Source: Obrimoposthia wandeli
Lineage: Eukaryota
Assembly: GCA_977020255.1 (NCBI GenBank)
Contig: CDROCS010004653.1
Location: 62,001 to 126,000, forward strand
Direction: 5' to 3'
Length of the DNA stretch: 64,000 bases
The position numbers and the translations under genes were made by a program. This document shows, one piece after another, positions 40,376-50,488 of the stretch. The notes beneath the pieces are model-generated. The model saw only the letters and a list, made by a program, of their open reading frames with translations, was not told the DNA's origin and ran no database searches. Every line of letters starts with the position of its first letter. Positions within the stretch are counted from its first letter, which is position 1.

Positions 40376-43327
40376 TCATAGCGTCTGCCTTTGTGTTTGA
40401 GGATCGTAAAATGGCAGCGCAACAACTTTGGCATTCACCATTACACCACCTGTAGATCTAATCGCTATTTCACTGCCAACTTCAGCTTTGTGCAGTTGTA
40501 CATAAGCCATACCTACCGGCTTGCCTAAAGTAGGCGAATAGTTACAAGAAGTTATTCTTCCGGTCATTTGATCACCTTCAATAATCAAGTGGCTCTCTAA
40601 TGGAATAGGTGCGTCTAGATCATCAACCACAAAGCCAACTAAGGCTCGTAATTGGCCGATAGTATTCAGCTCTTTTATAACGCGCTGACCAACAAAGAAA
40701 GGTTTCTTAGTTGATACCGCCCAACCCATTTGTACTTCTTGTGGAGTCGACATGGCATCGGTATCTTGGCCGATAATGATATGGCCTTTTTCTAAACGCA
40801 GCACACGCTGTGCCTCGATACCAAATGGTTTGATACCTTGCTCAACACCTGCTTCTATTAAGGCATCCCACAGTGCTTCACCACAATGCTGTGGTACATG
40901 GATTTCAAAACCGAGTTCGCCCACAAAACCGACACGAATTAAGCGTGCTTCAACACCAGCAACATGTCCTTCACGCACACCCATATAAGGGAACGCTTCA
41001 CTGCTAAGGTCAACATCGCTACATACTTTTTCCAGTACTTCGCGCGCTTTTGGCCCGGCGATATTTACGGCGCACCAAGCAGAAGTGACATTGGCGATAT
41101 CAACATCTAAGCACCACTGAGCATTCCATTTGAGCATGCTTTGATAAACGCGATCTACACCGCCAGTGGTGGCGGTTACATAAAATAATTGATCGTGAAA
41201 ACGACAGCTCACACCATCGTCAATTACTACACCGGCCTCGTTAGTCATCAATGCATAACGTGCACGGCCAATGGGTTGCTTTAAAAAGCCGAAGGTGTAA
41301 ATACGGTTCATTAATTCAGCTGCATCTGGGCCGCGAATTTCAATGCCACCTAAGGTAGATACATCCACTAAACCCACATTATTACGCACGTTATCAACTT
41401 CTGCATTGATACACGCATCACGCTGCTCGGTTGTGCCATAGTAAGCTGGGCGATACCAAGCACCTGCTTGTAGCATTTGTGCACCGGCCTCTAAATGTCG
41501 CTGATGCATGCTAGTAAAGCGCTCAGGATAAAAACTGCGACCTGCTAAATGCCCTAAACGCTCTGGAGCAAAAGGTGGGCGCGCGGTGGTAACACCTGTT
41601 TGTGCAACGCTTCTGCCGGTCGCCTCTGCAACAATACGCGCAGTAGCTAATGCAGAATGACGCCCTTGTGATGGCCCCATACCACATGTGGAATAGCGCT
41701 TAACTAGCTGTATGTGTTCATAACCATCGCGGGTAGCGTTAACGATATCGGCTATTTGTAAATCTTCATCAAAATCGACAAACTCTTTGCCTTTTGGATG
41801 TGGAAAAATAGGCCAGCTATAATTGGGGCTAGCAGCACTATCATCAGCTAACGGTGCAGGCTCTGCTATGGCGCTAATATGATCGTTATCTTGTGCGAGT
41901 CGATTGCAGGCTAATACAGCCGTACGATAACCATCACCACACACCGCATCTGTTGACCAATTACCATTCACTGAACCAGCTATTTGCAGCGCTTTAGGGA
42001 GTTTTTCTAAGGTAAATAGTGCCGTTTCATCATCGTAGCTTAACTGCCCACCCGCTTGGCAAACCAGCTGATACGTTGGCGTGTAACCTATTGCCATACA
42101 TAGCAAATCACAATCAACAAACTCACCGCTATCTGCACATTTACCACGCCCAATTTGCTTGCGTAGCTCAACTCCCGCCAAATGCTTTTTATCGCTGTTA
42201 GCTTTTGCGGCATACACTGCATGGTTGTTGTATATAGGGACTCCGCGGCCAGCTAGTTCTTGCACAATATCGCTTTGTACTGGCGCATCACGTAGCTCTG
42301 CAACGGCGGCTACTTCAATACCGGCATCTAGCATTTCAAGTGCAACTGCGTATCCGTGATCATTACCCGTCACAACGACAGCGCGTTTGCCTGGGCGCAC
42401 CCCGTAAAGCCTAATCAAGCGTGCTATCGCACTAGACATCATCACGCCGGGTAGGTCATTGTTATGAAAAACAGCTTGCTGCTCTAATGAACCCACCGCC
42501 ATAATCAATTCTTTAGCGCGTACTTTGTACATCCTTGCGCCTTGAATTATCGGCAGCCAGTTATCAGCAAAGTAGCCGTTACATAATGCATCGAGCTTTA
42601 CTTCAATATTATCATTCGCTTCGATATCAGCGATCATAGCCAGGCGTAATGCCTGTGCATTATGACCTTGTGCATCAATTCTGTCGTAGCTTAAGCTGCC
42701 ACCTAATACTGGGTTTTCATCCACCAGTAAAACCTTAGCACCTTGCTCTGCCGCTTGAATCGCAGCCGTCATTCCCGCAGGGCCTGCACCAACGACTACC
42801 AAATCATAAAAGCGGTAAGCTTTGTCGTAGTAACCCGGCTTAAAGTTTTCATCAAGCACGCCTAAACCGGCTTTTTTACGAATCAATGGTGCCCATTTTT
42901 CCCAAGCGCCTTTTGGTTTATAAAAAGCTTTGTAGTAAAAACCGACCGGCATAAAACCGCCCACTTTTTCAATATGACGCCCTAAATCTTTTTCTAAGCT
43001 ACCGCTATAATTTTGCCCATCAACATTCATGCCCTGCACTAGCGGGGTTTTATCGGCTAGCACGTTAGGATCACTTGGCAGCTGTACTAAACTGTTAGCA
43101 TCTTGCCCTGCCATGGTTAATACACCACGTGGGCGATGATATTTAAAAGAGCGGCTAATCAGCCACTGGCCACTGGCTGCCAAGGCACTGGCGATAGAAT
43201 CCCCAGCAAAGCCTTGAAATTGCTTATTGGCAAAAGAGAAATTCAATGTTTGGCTGCGATCTATCAGTAAACCGCCACTGGCCAATCTATTGTTTGCGCC
43301 GTTTGTACTATTATGAGTTATAGCCAT
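40376..43327 (-). CDS. soxA: Sarcosine oxidase alpha/MgdC-like subunit (FAD/NAD domain plus GcvT-like folate domain)
   Basis: SRSFKYHRPRG, VVGAGPAG, KRYSTCGMGPSQG, DVSTLGGIE, RLEKGH. Confidence 0.9.
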   Translation of the reverse strand: MAITHNSTNGANNRLASGGLLIDRSQTLNFSFANKQFQGFAGDSIASALAASGQWLISRSFKYHRPRGVLTMAGQDANSLVQLPSDPNVLADKTPLVQGMNVDGQNYSGSLEKDLGRHIEKVGGFMPVGFYYKAFYKPKGAWEKWAPLIRKKAGLGVLDENFKPGYYDKAYRFYDLVVVGAGPAGMTAAIQAAEQGAKVLLVDENPVLGGSLSYDRIDAQGHNAQALRLAMIADIEANDNIEVKLDALCNGYFADNWLPIIQGARMYKVRAKELIMAVGSLEQQAVFHNNDLPGVMMSSAIARLIRLYGVRPGKRAVVVTGNDHGYAVALEMLDAGIEVAAVAELRDAPVQSDIVQELAGRGVPIYNNHAVYAAKANSDKKHLAGVELRKQIGRGKCADSGEFVDCDLLCMAIGYTPTYQLVCQAGGQLSYDDETALFTLEKLPKALQIAGSVNGNWSTDAVCGDGYRTAVLACNRLAQDNDHISAIAEPAPLADDSAASPNYSWPIFPHPKGKEFVDFDEDLQIADIVNATRDGYEHIQLVKRYSTCGMGPSQGRHSALATARIVAEATGRSVAQTGVTTARPPFAPERLGHLAGRSFYPERFTSMHQRHLEAGAQMLQAGAWYRPAYYGTTEQRDACINAEVDNVRNNVGLVDVSTLGGIEIRGPDAAELMNRIYTFGFLKQPIGRARYALMTNEAGVVIDDGVSCRFHDQLFYVTATTGGVDRVYQSMLKWNAQWCLDVDIANVTSAWCAVNIAGPKAREVLEKVCSDVDLSSEAFPYMGVREGHVAGVEARLIRVGFVGELGFEIHVPQHCGEALWDALIEAGVEQGIKPFGIEAQRVLRLEKGHIIIGQDTDAMSTPQEVQMGWAVSTKKPFFVGQRVIKELNTIGQLRALVGFVVDDLDAPIPLESHLIIEGDQMTGRITSCNYSPTLGKPVGMAYVQLHKAEVGSEIAIRSTGGVMVNAKVVALPFYDPQTQRQTL

Positions 43328-43623
43328 TAGCTTTCTCCTGCGTCAACGGTGAAATCAACGCGCTTGTTAAATATTTTACTGGCGGGGAAAGTTTCAATAA
43401 TTTCATCCGTGATGGTATTACGACGTGCCATAAACCAATAAGAAGTCGCGCTGTGGCACCACCACTCACACACTTCACCTGCGATGTTGTCATGGAAAAA
43501 CACATGTTCAACCCACTCGCGTGTATCGCACTTTTGCGGATCTGGCATGGGGTGATACTCACCGCCATAAATGAATTCTGATATGTTGCGCAGCCCATTC
43601 AACGGGCAATTAATTTGTTTCAT
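43327..43623 (-). CDS. soxD: Sarcosine oxidase delta/MgdB-like subunit
   Basis: INCPLNGLRNISEFIYGGE, EWWCHSATSYWF, RNTITDEI. Confidence 0.9.
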   Translation of the reverse strand: MKQINCPLNGLRNISEFIYGGEYHPMPDPQKCDTREWVEHVFFHDNIAGEVCEWWCHSATSYWFMARRNTITDEIIETFPASKIFNKRVDFTVDAGES

Positions 43624-43644
43624 TGCAGTTTCTCGCTGTAGAGG

Positions 43645-44889
43645 TTAATGGCTAGCGGCAGTAGCACCGGCTTCGTTGATTTGATCAAAGCGGTAAAAAC
43701 GCTCTAACTCAAACGGCTTAATCAAAGCAGGTGGCTTACCGGTGGCGACTAACTCAGCCATCGACTTACCACTGATCGGCGTAGCTTTGAACCCCCAAGT
43801 CCCCCAACCAGCATCTAAATAGTAATTTTCAACTGGGCTTAGACCCATAATTGGGCTGTAATCCGGTGTCATATCTGTGACCCCTGCCCACTGGCGCATC
43901 AAACGCGCTTGCGCTAAAAACGGGAATAGTTCTAACGTTGCAGCGGCTAATGACTCTTTCATATCTAGAGTAGAGCGGGTGTTATAAAGCGGATATGGAT
44001 CAGAGCCTCCACCGATAACAAACTCACCACGTGAGGTTTGGTGTACATAAACATGCACATGCGGCGAGCTAACATGGGGCGTTAACATCGGCTTATAAGG
44101 CTGGGTCACCATCGCCTGTAGCGGAAAGCTGTGTATCGGTAATTTAATACCGGCCATTTTCGCCACCACCGAACTAGTACCAGCCACCGCCTGCACTGCA
44201 CAACCACAAGAAATAGTGCCGCGCGAGGTTTTAATCCCCTTCAGCTTACCGTTCTCAACTAACACATCTTGCACTTCTGTGAGCTGGTGCAATTCAACAC
44301 CACGATCACAAGCCCCTTTCATATAACCCCAAGCGACTGCATCGTGGCGCGCTGTCGCACCATCTGCATGCCAAAGCCCACCCATAATTGGATAGCGCCC
44401 ATCTTCAGGCATATTTAAATTTGGTACTAACTCACGAATCGTTTGACGATCCACCAGCTCTGAGCGTACACCCAAGTGCTGATTCACTTCCGCGCGCCAA
44501 CGAAAACTGCGCACCGCTGCATCGCTGTGAGCTAAAGTCAATTGACCGCGGTTTTCCATCATCACGTTGTAACCAAACTCGTTACTCAAGTTCTGATAAA
44601 GCTCCACTGATTCGCGATAAAAACTAACACCTTGATCAGTTAAATAGTTAGATCGGATAACCGCGGTATTACGCGCCGTATTTCCGCCGCCCAAATAACC
44701 TTTATCTAATACTGCAACATTGGTAATACCGTGGTATTTAGCGAGGTAATAAGCAATAGCAGCTCCATGGCCACCCGCGCCGATAATCACTACATCATAG
44801 TGTTTTTTCAGTTCAGTATTACTGGGGGTAAAGTGCTGCTGAGCCGGATAATCTTTGCTCAAACCATATTTCAATAAGCCGAAAGGCAT
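43645..44889 (-). CDS. soxB: Sarcosine oxidase beta-like FAD subunit
   Basis: YDVVIIGAGGHG, AKYHGITNVAVL, GGGNTARNTAVIRSNY, ARHDAVAWGY, GWGTWGFKATP. Confidence 0.88.
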   Translation of the reverse strand: MPFGLLKYGLSKDYPAQQHFTPSNTELKKHYDVVIIGAGGHGAAIAYYLAKYHGITNVAVLDKGYLGGGNTARNTAVIRSNYLTDQGVSFYRESVELYQNLSNEFGYNVMMENRGQLTLAHSDAAVRSFRWRAEVNQHLGVRSELVDRQTIRELVPNLNMPEDGRYPIMGGLWHADGATARHDAVAWGYMKGACDRGVELHQLTEVQDVLVENGKLKGIKTSRGTISCGCAVQAVAGTSSVVAKMAGIKLPIHSFPLQAMVTQPYKPMLTPHVSSPHVHVYVHQTSRGEFVIGGGSDPYPLYNTRSTLDMKESLAAATLELFPFLAQARLMRQWAGVTDMTPDYSPIMGLSPVENYYLDAGWGTWGFKATPISGKSMAELVATGKPPALIKPFELERFYRFDQINEAGATAASH

Positions 44890-45438
44890 GGTGTTCTCCC
44901 ACCTTTAAATTTAAAAATTTACCCTTTAAAAGCGATGAAAACCTACCTTTAGCTAAACATCAGCAAAGCATATGGATTACACCATTTAACAAACTTCTAT
45001 AAAAGGACAGCCAAGACAAACTTCCTTGGCAAGATGACAACAATATCGCCAATTAAACGCGCGCTTGCAACTATCTACAGCCATTATTAGCAACTCTAAT
45101 AATGGTATAAAGCACGGCTTATTTAGGCGTTGATTTGGGATACTTTAGTTAGCCTGCAAGTTGCAGAAGGTGACGATCTGATACAGCTAAAATGCCTGAG
45201 ATTTTACAAGACAAAAAATTGCGTAATTTCTGGAAATAGTACGTTCATTTGATAGGAAGTGTTTTTTTGTAAAATAGATATTACCTCAGCAAGTTAAGTA
45301 AAGGGTGATCCTCAAAGCAACAAAGAGGAGAATATCTATCGCTGTAAAATTTTGTGACTTACTGAAAACTCAAGGGCTGCATTAAGGGCCCTTGAACCGA
45401 TAGAACGCCCACGTAATTCGTGCGACGCACAAAAACCT

Positions 45439-47103
45439 CTATAGAATTATTTTTCCTATTTGCTCTATGTATTGATGAATCATCGCCATAAATTTACCCG
45501 CGTCTGCACCATTAATCACACGGTGATCAAATGACAAACACAGCGGCAGTTTTTTGCGTGGTTTAAAGCTTTCACCATCCCAAACAGGCCTGATTTCAGC
45601 ACTAGCGACGCCTAAAATTGCGACTTCTGGGCCATTCACTATCGGTGTAAATCCAGTGCCACCCATGGGTCCTAAGCTAGAGACCGTAAAGCAACCTCCT
45701 GTCATTGCATCGACACCCAACTTTCTGTTTTTTGCTTTCACTGCCAAATCGTTAATCTGTAAGCTAAGCTCACTGATTGATAATGTATCGGCATTGCGTA
45801 TAACAGGAACTAATAGCCCAGCAGGAGTGTCGACTGCCACCCCTATATTTACATATTTTTTATAAATGACTTGCTGCCCATTAGAATCTAACGAACTATT
45901 AAACTTAGGGTATTTACGTAAAGCTTTGGCAACGATCATCACTATAAATGGCAGAATTGTCGGCTTTCTTTCTAGCTTAAATTCCGCTGGATCAATACTG
46001 CTGCGAAAAGCTTCTAGTTCAGTAATATCAACTTCATCGTGCAAGGTGACGTGCGGAATGTTCAGCCAACAGCGTGTCATGTGAGCAGCCGTCGCTTTAG
46101 CGATCGCCGACATATCATGCCTTTCTATTTCACCAAACTGACTAAAATCTATACTTGGTAGAGGAGTAATAGCCTGAGAAGTACTAAAATTGACCTCTTT
46201 TTTTGCATGGCCGTTGAGCATTTGACGTTTCACAAAGGATTTTACATCTTCTTTTAAAACCCGGCCACGATAGGCGCTACCGACAACAAGAGACAAATCA
46301 ACTGCCATTTCTCTTGCCAGTTTACGCACCGCAGGGCCCGCCGATGAGCGTCGCTCGAAAATCACCGCATCATTTTCAGTCGCTTCACTCACTTGCGTAT
46401 CACTTACTTCACTTTGGCTATCGGCTGGTAATACTATCGGCTTTATGGCAGAGCCTTGGTTCCCAGTAACGAGCTGATACTCATCAACAGCAGCTGTTTG
46501 TGGCTCACTGATAACACTAACTACCGCTAATTGATTGCCTTGCGAGACGCTGTCACCAATGCCAACTAACCATTTTTTTAGTATTCCGTTGCTAGTTGTC
46601 ACTATATCCATAGCGGCTTTGTCTGATTCTACTACCAAGATTGCCGTACCTTCTACTAATTCATCACCAACCGCCACTGAATACTCAACCACCTCACCCT
46701 CGCCTTCGGCATCTAAACTGATAATAACGTCCCTAGTAATTACAGGACTGCTATTTGTCGGCACCAATTTATTGTCTGCATAGCTAATATCCGTGGTAAC
46801 TTCGACATCCGCTTGCTGATCTGATAGTAATGTGCCGATTGGCGACTGCGATTTCGGCTCTTGCTCTGATTTTGCTGCAGACACTGATGCTAACTCAGCC
46901 TCTTGGGATATATTATCTCCAATATCAACAAGCCACTTTGTCACCACCCCACTCATTGTCGCGGGAATTTCCATCGTCGCCTTGTCGGATTCAACTACCA
47001 ACAGAGAGTCACCTTCGTTAACGGTATCGCCGATCGCTACACAATATTCAACAACCTCTCCTTCACCTTCGGCCTCTAGCTTAATTATTTTTTCACTGTT
47101 CAT
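45439..47103 (-). CDS. aceF: Dihydrolipoyllysine acetyltransferase E2 with two lipoyl domains
   Basis: ESDKATME and ESDKAAMD lipoyl motifs, AGPAVRKLARE E1/E3-binding domain, SFDHRVINGA catalytic motif. Confidence 0.93.
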   Translation of the reverse strand: MNSEKIIKLEAEGEGEVVEYCVAIGDTVNEGDSLLVVESDKATMEIPATMSGVVTKWLVDIGDNISQEAELASVSAAKSEQEPKSQSPIGTLLSDQQADVEVTTDISYADNKLVPTNSSPVITRDVIISLDAEGEGEVVEYSVAVGDELVEGTAILVVESDKAAMDIVTTSNGILKKWLVGIGDSVSQGNQLAVVSVISEPQTAAVDEYQLVTGNQGSAIKPIVLPADSQSEVSDTQVSEATENDAVIFERRSSAGPAVRKLAREMAVDLSLVVGSAYRGRVLKEDVKSFVKRQMLNGHAKKEVNFSTSQAITPLPSIDFSQFGEIERHDMSAIAKATAAHMTRCWLNIPHVTLHDEVDITELEAFRSSIDPAEFKLERKPTILPFIVMIVAKALRKYPKFNSSLDSNGQQVIYKKYVNIGVAVDTPAGLLVPVIRNADTLSISELSLQINDLAVKAKNRKLGVDAMTGGCFTVSSLGPMGGTGFTPIVNGPEVAILGVASAEIRPVWDGESFKPRKKLPLCLSFDHRVINGADAGKFMAMIHQYIEQIGKIIL

Positions 47104-47152
47104 CGATACCTCCTAACGCTGCTTCATACCAAGCAACGTCATCCATCAAATT

Positions 47153-47189
47153 AAAAAAAGCCGCTGTGTATACATCCAAACCAGCGACT
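47153..47189 (-). terminator. Terminator-like hairpin between aceE and aceF
   Basis: Minus strand agtcgctg-N-cagcggct followed by a T7 tract. Confidence 0.55.
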
Positions 47190-47307
47190 AAAAGGGTTGA
47201 TTGGCTATAGCTCTTGGGGAGAACTTCGGCGAAAAACACGCCATAAAACCCCAACAAACCCCTGTGACTCTGATCATTTATTTATTAACCATGATTATCC
47301 GTTTTTA

Positions 47308-49989
47308 TTAAAACAACATAGGATCTGGCTTTTGCGTGGGTATCTTAAGCTTTGCTCTCGCCTGTTCTAAAACAGCATCACAGACTTCTCCTTGGCGATA
47401 TAAACCTGTTAAAGCAGACCAGGCGATATAACGGGCATCTACTTCGAAATGATCACGTAATGTATCTCTACTTTCACTAAGCCCAAAGCCATCTGTACCT
47501 AAGCACATCAAATCAACAGGGAACCATCCGCTAATCGCTTGAGGTAATGACTTCAAATAATCGCTCACCGCGACAAAAGCCCCACTTTCATTCGCCAATA
47601 ATTTCTGAATATAATTTTGTTGTGGATACTGTGGATTAAGCAAATTTTCACGATCAACAGCTTGCGCTTGGCGTAACAGCTGGTTATAACTCGTCACGCT
47701 CCAAATGTCCGTACTACAGCCAAAGCCCTGCAAAATCTGCGCTGCATCTAATACTTCCTGCATCAAGCTGCCGCTACCTAATAAATGTACTTTCATTCCT
47801 TCGTCACTATTCTTAGAGAACCGATACATTCCCTGTAAAATACCACTTTCAGTCTCTTCATCACTTGGCATTGCAGGCATCAAATAGTTTTGATTGTAGA
47901 GCGTGATGTAATAAAAAATCTTCTCGTCTTTTTCATACATCCTCTCGATGCCATCGCGAATAATAACCGCCAACTCATAGGCAAACGCAGGATCATAGCT
48001 ATACATATTTGGCACAGTAGCGGCAACGGCATGTGAGTGACCATCTTGATGCTGTAAACCTTCACCATTAAGAGTGGTCCGTCCTGCCGTTGCACCCAGT
48101 AAAAAACCTTTCGCTAAATTATCAGCACAAGCCCAAATCATGTCGCCAACACGTTGAAAACCGAAAATCGAATAGAATATATAAAAAGGTATGGTCGGCA
48201 CGCCGTAATTAGCATAAGCCGTACCTGCAGCCATGAATGACGCCATCGCTCCTGTTTCACAAATACCCTCTTGTAATAACTGGCCATCAATTTTTTCTTT
48301 ATATGGCAGCAAGCTACTTGAATCCACCGGGTTATATTTTTGTCCGACACTAGAATAAATACCGAACTGGTTAAACAGTGATTCCATTCCAAAAGTGCGT
48401 GCTTCATCCGGGACAATAGGCACGATGAACTTACCAATTTGCTTATCTTTAAGCATATTCGAGAGCATCCGCACAAAAGCCATTGTCGTTGATTGTTCGC
48501 GCTTGGTGCCATCTAATGCCTGTTTGTACAAACTGAGCAACGGCGCTTTAATTTTCGGATAGTCTACTTGTCGGGTCGGTAGATAACCCCCTAATTCGCC
48601 ACGCCTAGCATGTAAGTATTTTAGCAGTGGGCTGTCATCAGCCGGCTTATAGAGCTTCGCTTGTGTTAATTCTTCATCACTTAATGGGATACCGAAGCGC
48701 CGCCCGATTTCAATGCGCTCAGCCGCGTTAAACTGCTTCTTCTGATGACTGGTATTTTGTCCTTCCGCAGAGGAACCTAAGCCATCGCCTTTGACTGTTT
48801 TCATTAATATAACGGTTGGCTTTCCAGTTGTTTTTAGTGCGGCATCAAACGCTGCGAATATTTTTTGCTTGTCTTGGCCACCGCGACGTATACAACGTAT
48901 TTGCTCATCGGATAAGGTTTGCATTAACTCGGCTAGTTTTGGATCATCCTCAGTCCAATGGCTCCTAACCGTCGGTCCATCCGAAACCGTATAAAATTGA
49001 TAATCACCATCAACTGCACGATCCATTCGCGCTTGCAGAACACCCTCGGTATCACGAGACATCAACTCATCCCACTCACTTCCCCAAATAACTTTAATAA
49101 CGTTCCAACCGGCGCCGCGATAACTACTTTCTAACTCTTGTATTATCTTTCCGTTACCCCGTACTGGCCCATCTAAACGTTGCAAATTACAATTGATAAC
49201 CATAACTAAGTTATCTAGATTATCTCTGGTCGCCATATTAACGGTGCCTAACACTTCAGGCTCATCTGACTCACCATCTCCAATAAAGCACCAAATCTTT
49301 CCACCGTCTTTCTGCTTCAATCCTCTGTTTTCTAGGTACTTCATAAAACGAGCTTGGTAGATCGCAGCTGGCGTTGAAAGCCCCATTGACGCTGTAGGTC
49401 CCTGCCAAAAACTAGGCATTCTCCGTGGGTGGGGATAAGAACTTAACCCTCCGCCGGGTTGCAATTCACGTCGAAAGTTTGCCAGTTGAGTTTCATTTAA
49501 ACGCCCCTCAACAAAAGCTCTAGCATACAAACCTGGTGCTGCATGCGCTTGCACAAACAACTGATCACCGCCATAGCTATCTGATTTATTCTTAAATATA
49601 TGATTAAAACCTACCTCAAGCATCGTTGCCGCCGATTGGTACGTGGCGATATGCCCGCCGACACCCGTCCCTTGATCGTTAGCGTTTAATACCAGCGCCA
49701 TCGCATTCCAGCGAATAATATTTTCTATTTTCGTCTCTAGTTCAGGATTATTTGGGTAAGCGCTTTGCTGGCTAATCGAAATCGTATTGCGATACGGTGT
49801 ATTTAGCGTTGCTTGAGCTAGATTAATTTTTTTACTCAGCAAATAGTTTTGTAAATTACGCAGTACATCCAGAGCGCGATTATCCCCCTGCTGATTAATG
49901 ATATCTTGCAGTGCTTCTGTCCACTCTGAATTTTCTAGTACTATATCTGCATCAATAACAGCATCTATGTCAGTATTTGTATCTTTCAT
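47308..49989 (-). CDS. aceE: Homodimeric 2-oxoacid dehydrogenase E1 (AceE/MdeB type)
   Basis: IRWNAMALV, GGHIATY, SSYPHP, GDGESDEPE...NCNLQRLDGPVRGNGKI TPP motif, GEGLQHQDGHS; start put at ATG 49989 (GGA RBS), ORF track extends to 50136. Confidence 0.93.
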   Translation of the reverse strand: MKDTNTDIDAVIDADIVLENSEWTEALQDIINQQGDNRALDVLRNLQNYLLSKKINLAQATLNTPYRNTISISQQSAYPNNPELETKIENIIRWNAMALVLNANDQGTGVGGHIATYQSAATMLEVGFNHIFKNKSDSYGGDQLFVQAHAAPGLYARAFVEGRLNETQLANFRRELQPGGGLSSYPHPRRMPSFWQGPTASMGLSTPAAIYQARFMKYLENRGLKQKDGGKIWCFIGDGESDEPEVLGTVNMATRDNLDNLVMVINCNLQRLDGPVRGNGKIIQELESSYRGAGWNVIKVIWGSEWDELMSRDTEGVLQARMDRAVDGDYQFYTVSDGPTVRSHWTEDDPKLAELMQTLSDEQIRCIRRGGQDKQKIFAAFDAALKTTGKPTVILMKTVKGDGLGSSAEGQNTSHQKKQFNAAERIEIGRRFGIPLSDEELTQAKLYKPADDSPLLKYLHARRGELGGYLPTRQVDYPKIKAPLLSLYKQALDGTKREQSTTMAFVRMLSNMLKDKQIGKFIVPIVPDEARTFGMESLFNQFGIYSSVGQKYNPVDSSSLLPYKEKIDGQLLQEGICETGAMASFMAAGTAYANYGVPTIPFYIFYSIFGFQRVGDMIWACADNLAKGFLLGATAGRTTLNGEGLQHQDGHSHAVAATVPNMYSYDPAFAYELAVIIRDGIERMYEKDEKIFYYITLYNQNYLMPAMPSDEETESGILQGMYRFSKNSDEGMKVHLLGSGSLMQEVLDAAQILQGFGCSTDIWSVTSYNQLLRQAQAVDRENLLNPQYPQQNYIQKLLANESGAFVAVSDYLKSLPQAISGWFPVDLMCLGTDGFGLSESRDTLRDHFEVDARYIAWSALTGLYRQGEVCDAVLEQARAKLKIPTQKPDPMLF

Positions 49990-50335
49990 TACCATTTCCA
50001 AAAATATTAATAAATTTGGCAAGCCTAAAACTTGCCAAAAACAGCTAAAAGAACTGCCTTGAACTTGTAAAGCCCTAGCACAGGGCGATATGTAGTAAAG
50101 AATCAGGCAGTGAAAGTGTTTATCCAGACATTGCATGCAACAACATAGAATTAACGAACAGAATCATATCCAGACTTTCTAGTATTTGATCAACATCAAA
50201 AACAAGAACTCACTGCATAACCCTGCATACCCGTCACGTTAATTCCTTGATGCCGCATCATTTACTCTTAACCTCCTAAACATAGCGAAGTTATCTAGAG
50301 TGCGAGGATGTACTCAGTCTTTTGAACCATATAAC

Positions 50336-50488
50336 CATAGCTGTCCAGTTAAAAAGTGTAAGCCCTCTAACTCGTTGATTTGTGATTTTCTAGCATAGTA
50401 AATTGGATTTATTCAGCCGAAATACACTTGTCGTTAACGCAAAATCAACGAGTTAAAGAACAACAAAAATTAAACCGGACACTAATGC
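50336..50488 (+). mobile_element. 153-bp MITE, copy C, with 9-bp target-site duplication
   Basis: catagctgtccagttaa...ttaaaccggacactaatg flanked by ccatataac at 50327-50335 and 50489-50497. Confidence 0.88.

Noticed and set aside
45439-49989. aceEF as simply the housekeeping pyruvate dehydrogenase
   Set aside because: Not fully excluded, but the lack of lpdA/pdhR, the divergent motifs (GHIATY, PTASMGLS) and the lyase/TyrR context argue for an accessory paralogue.
19279-50488. MITE copies as CRISPR repeats or integron attC sites
   Set aside because: They are dispersed, 153 bp long, have TIRs and TSDs, lack the RYYYAAC/GTTRRRY cores, and no cas or intI gene is present.
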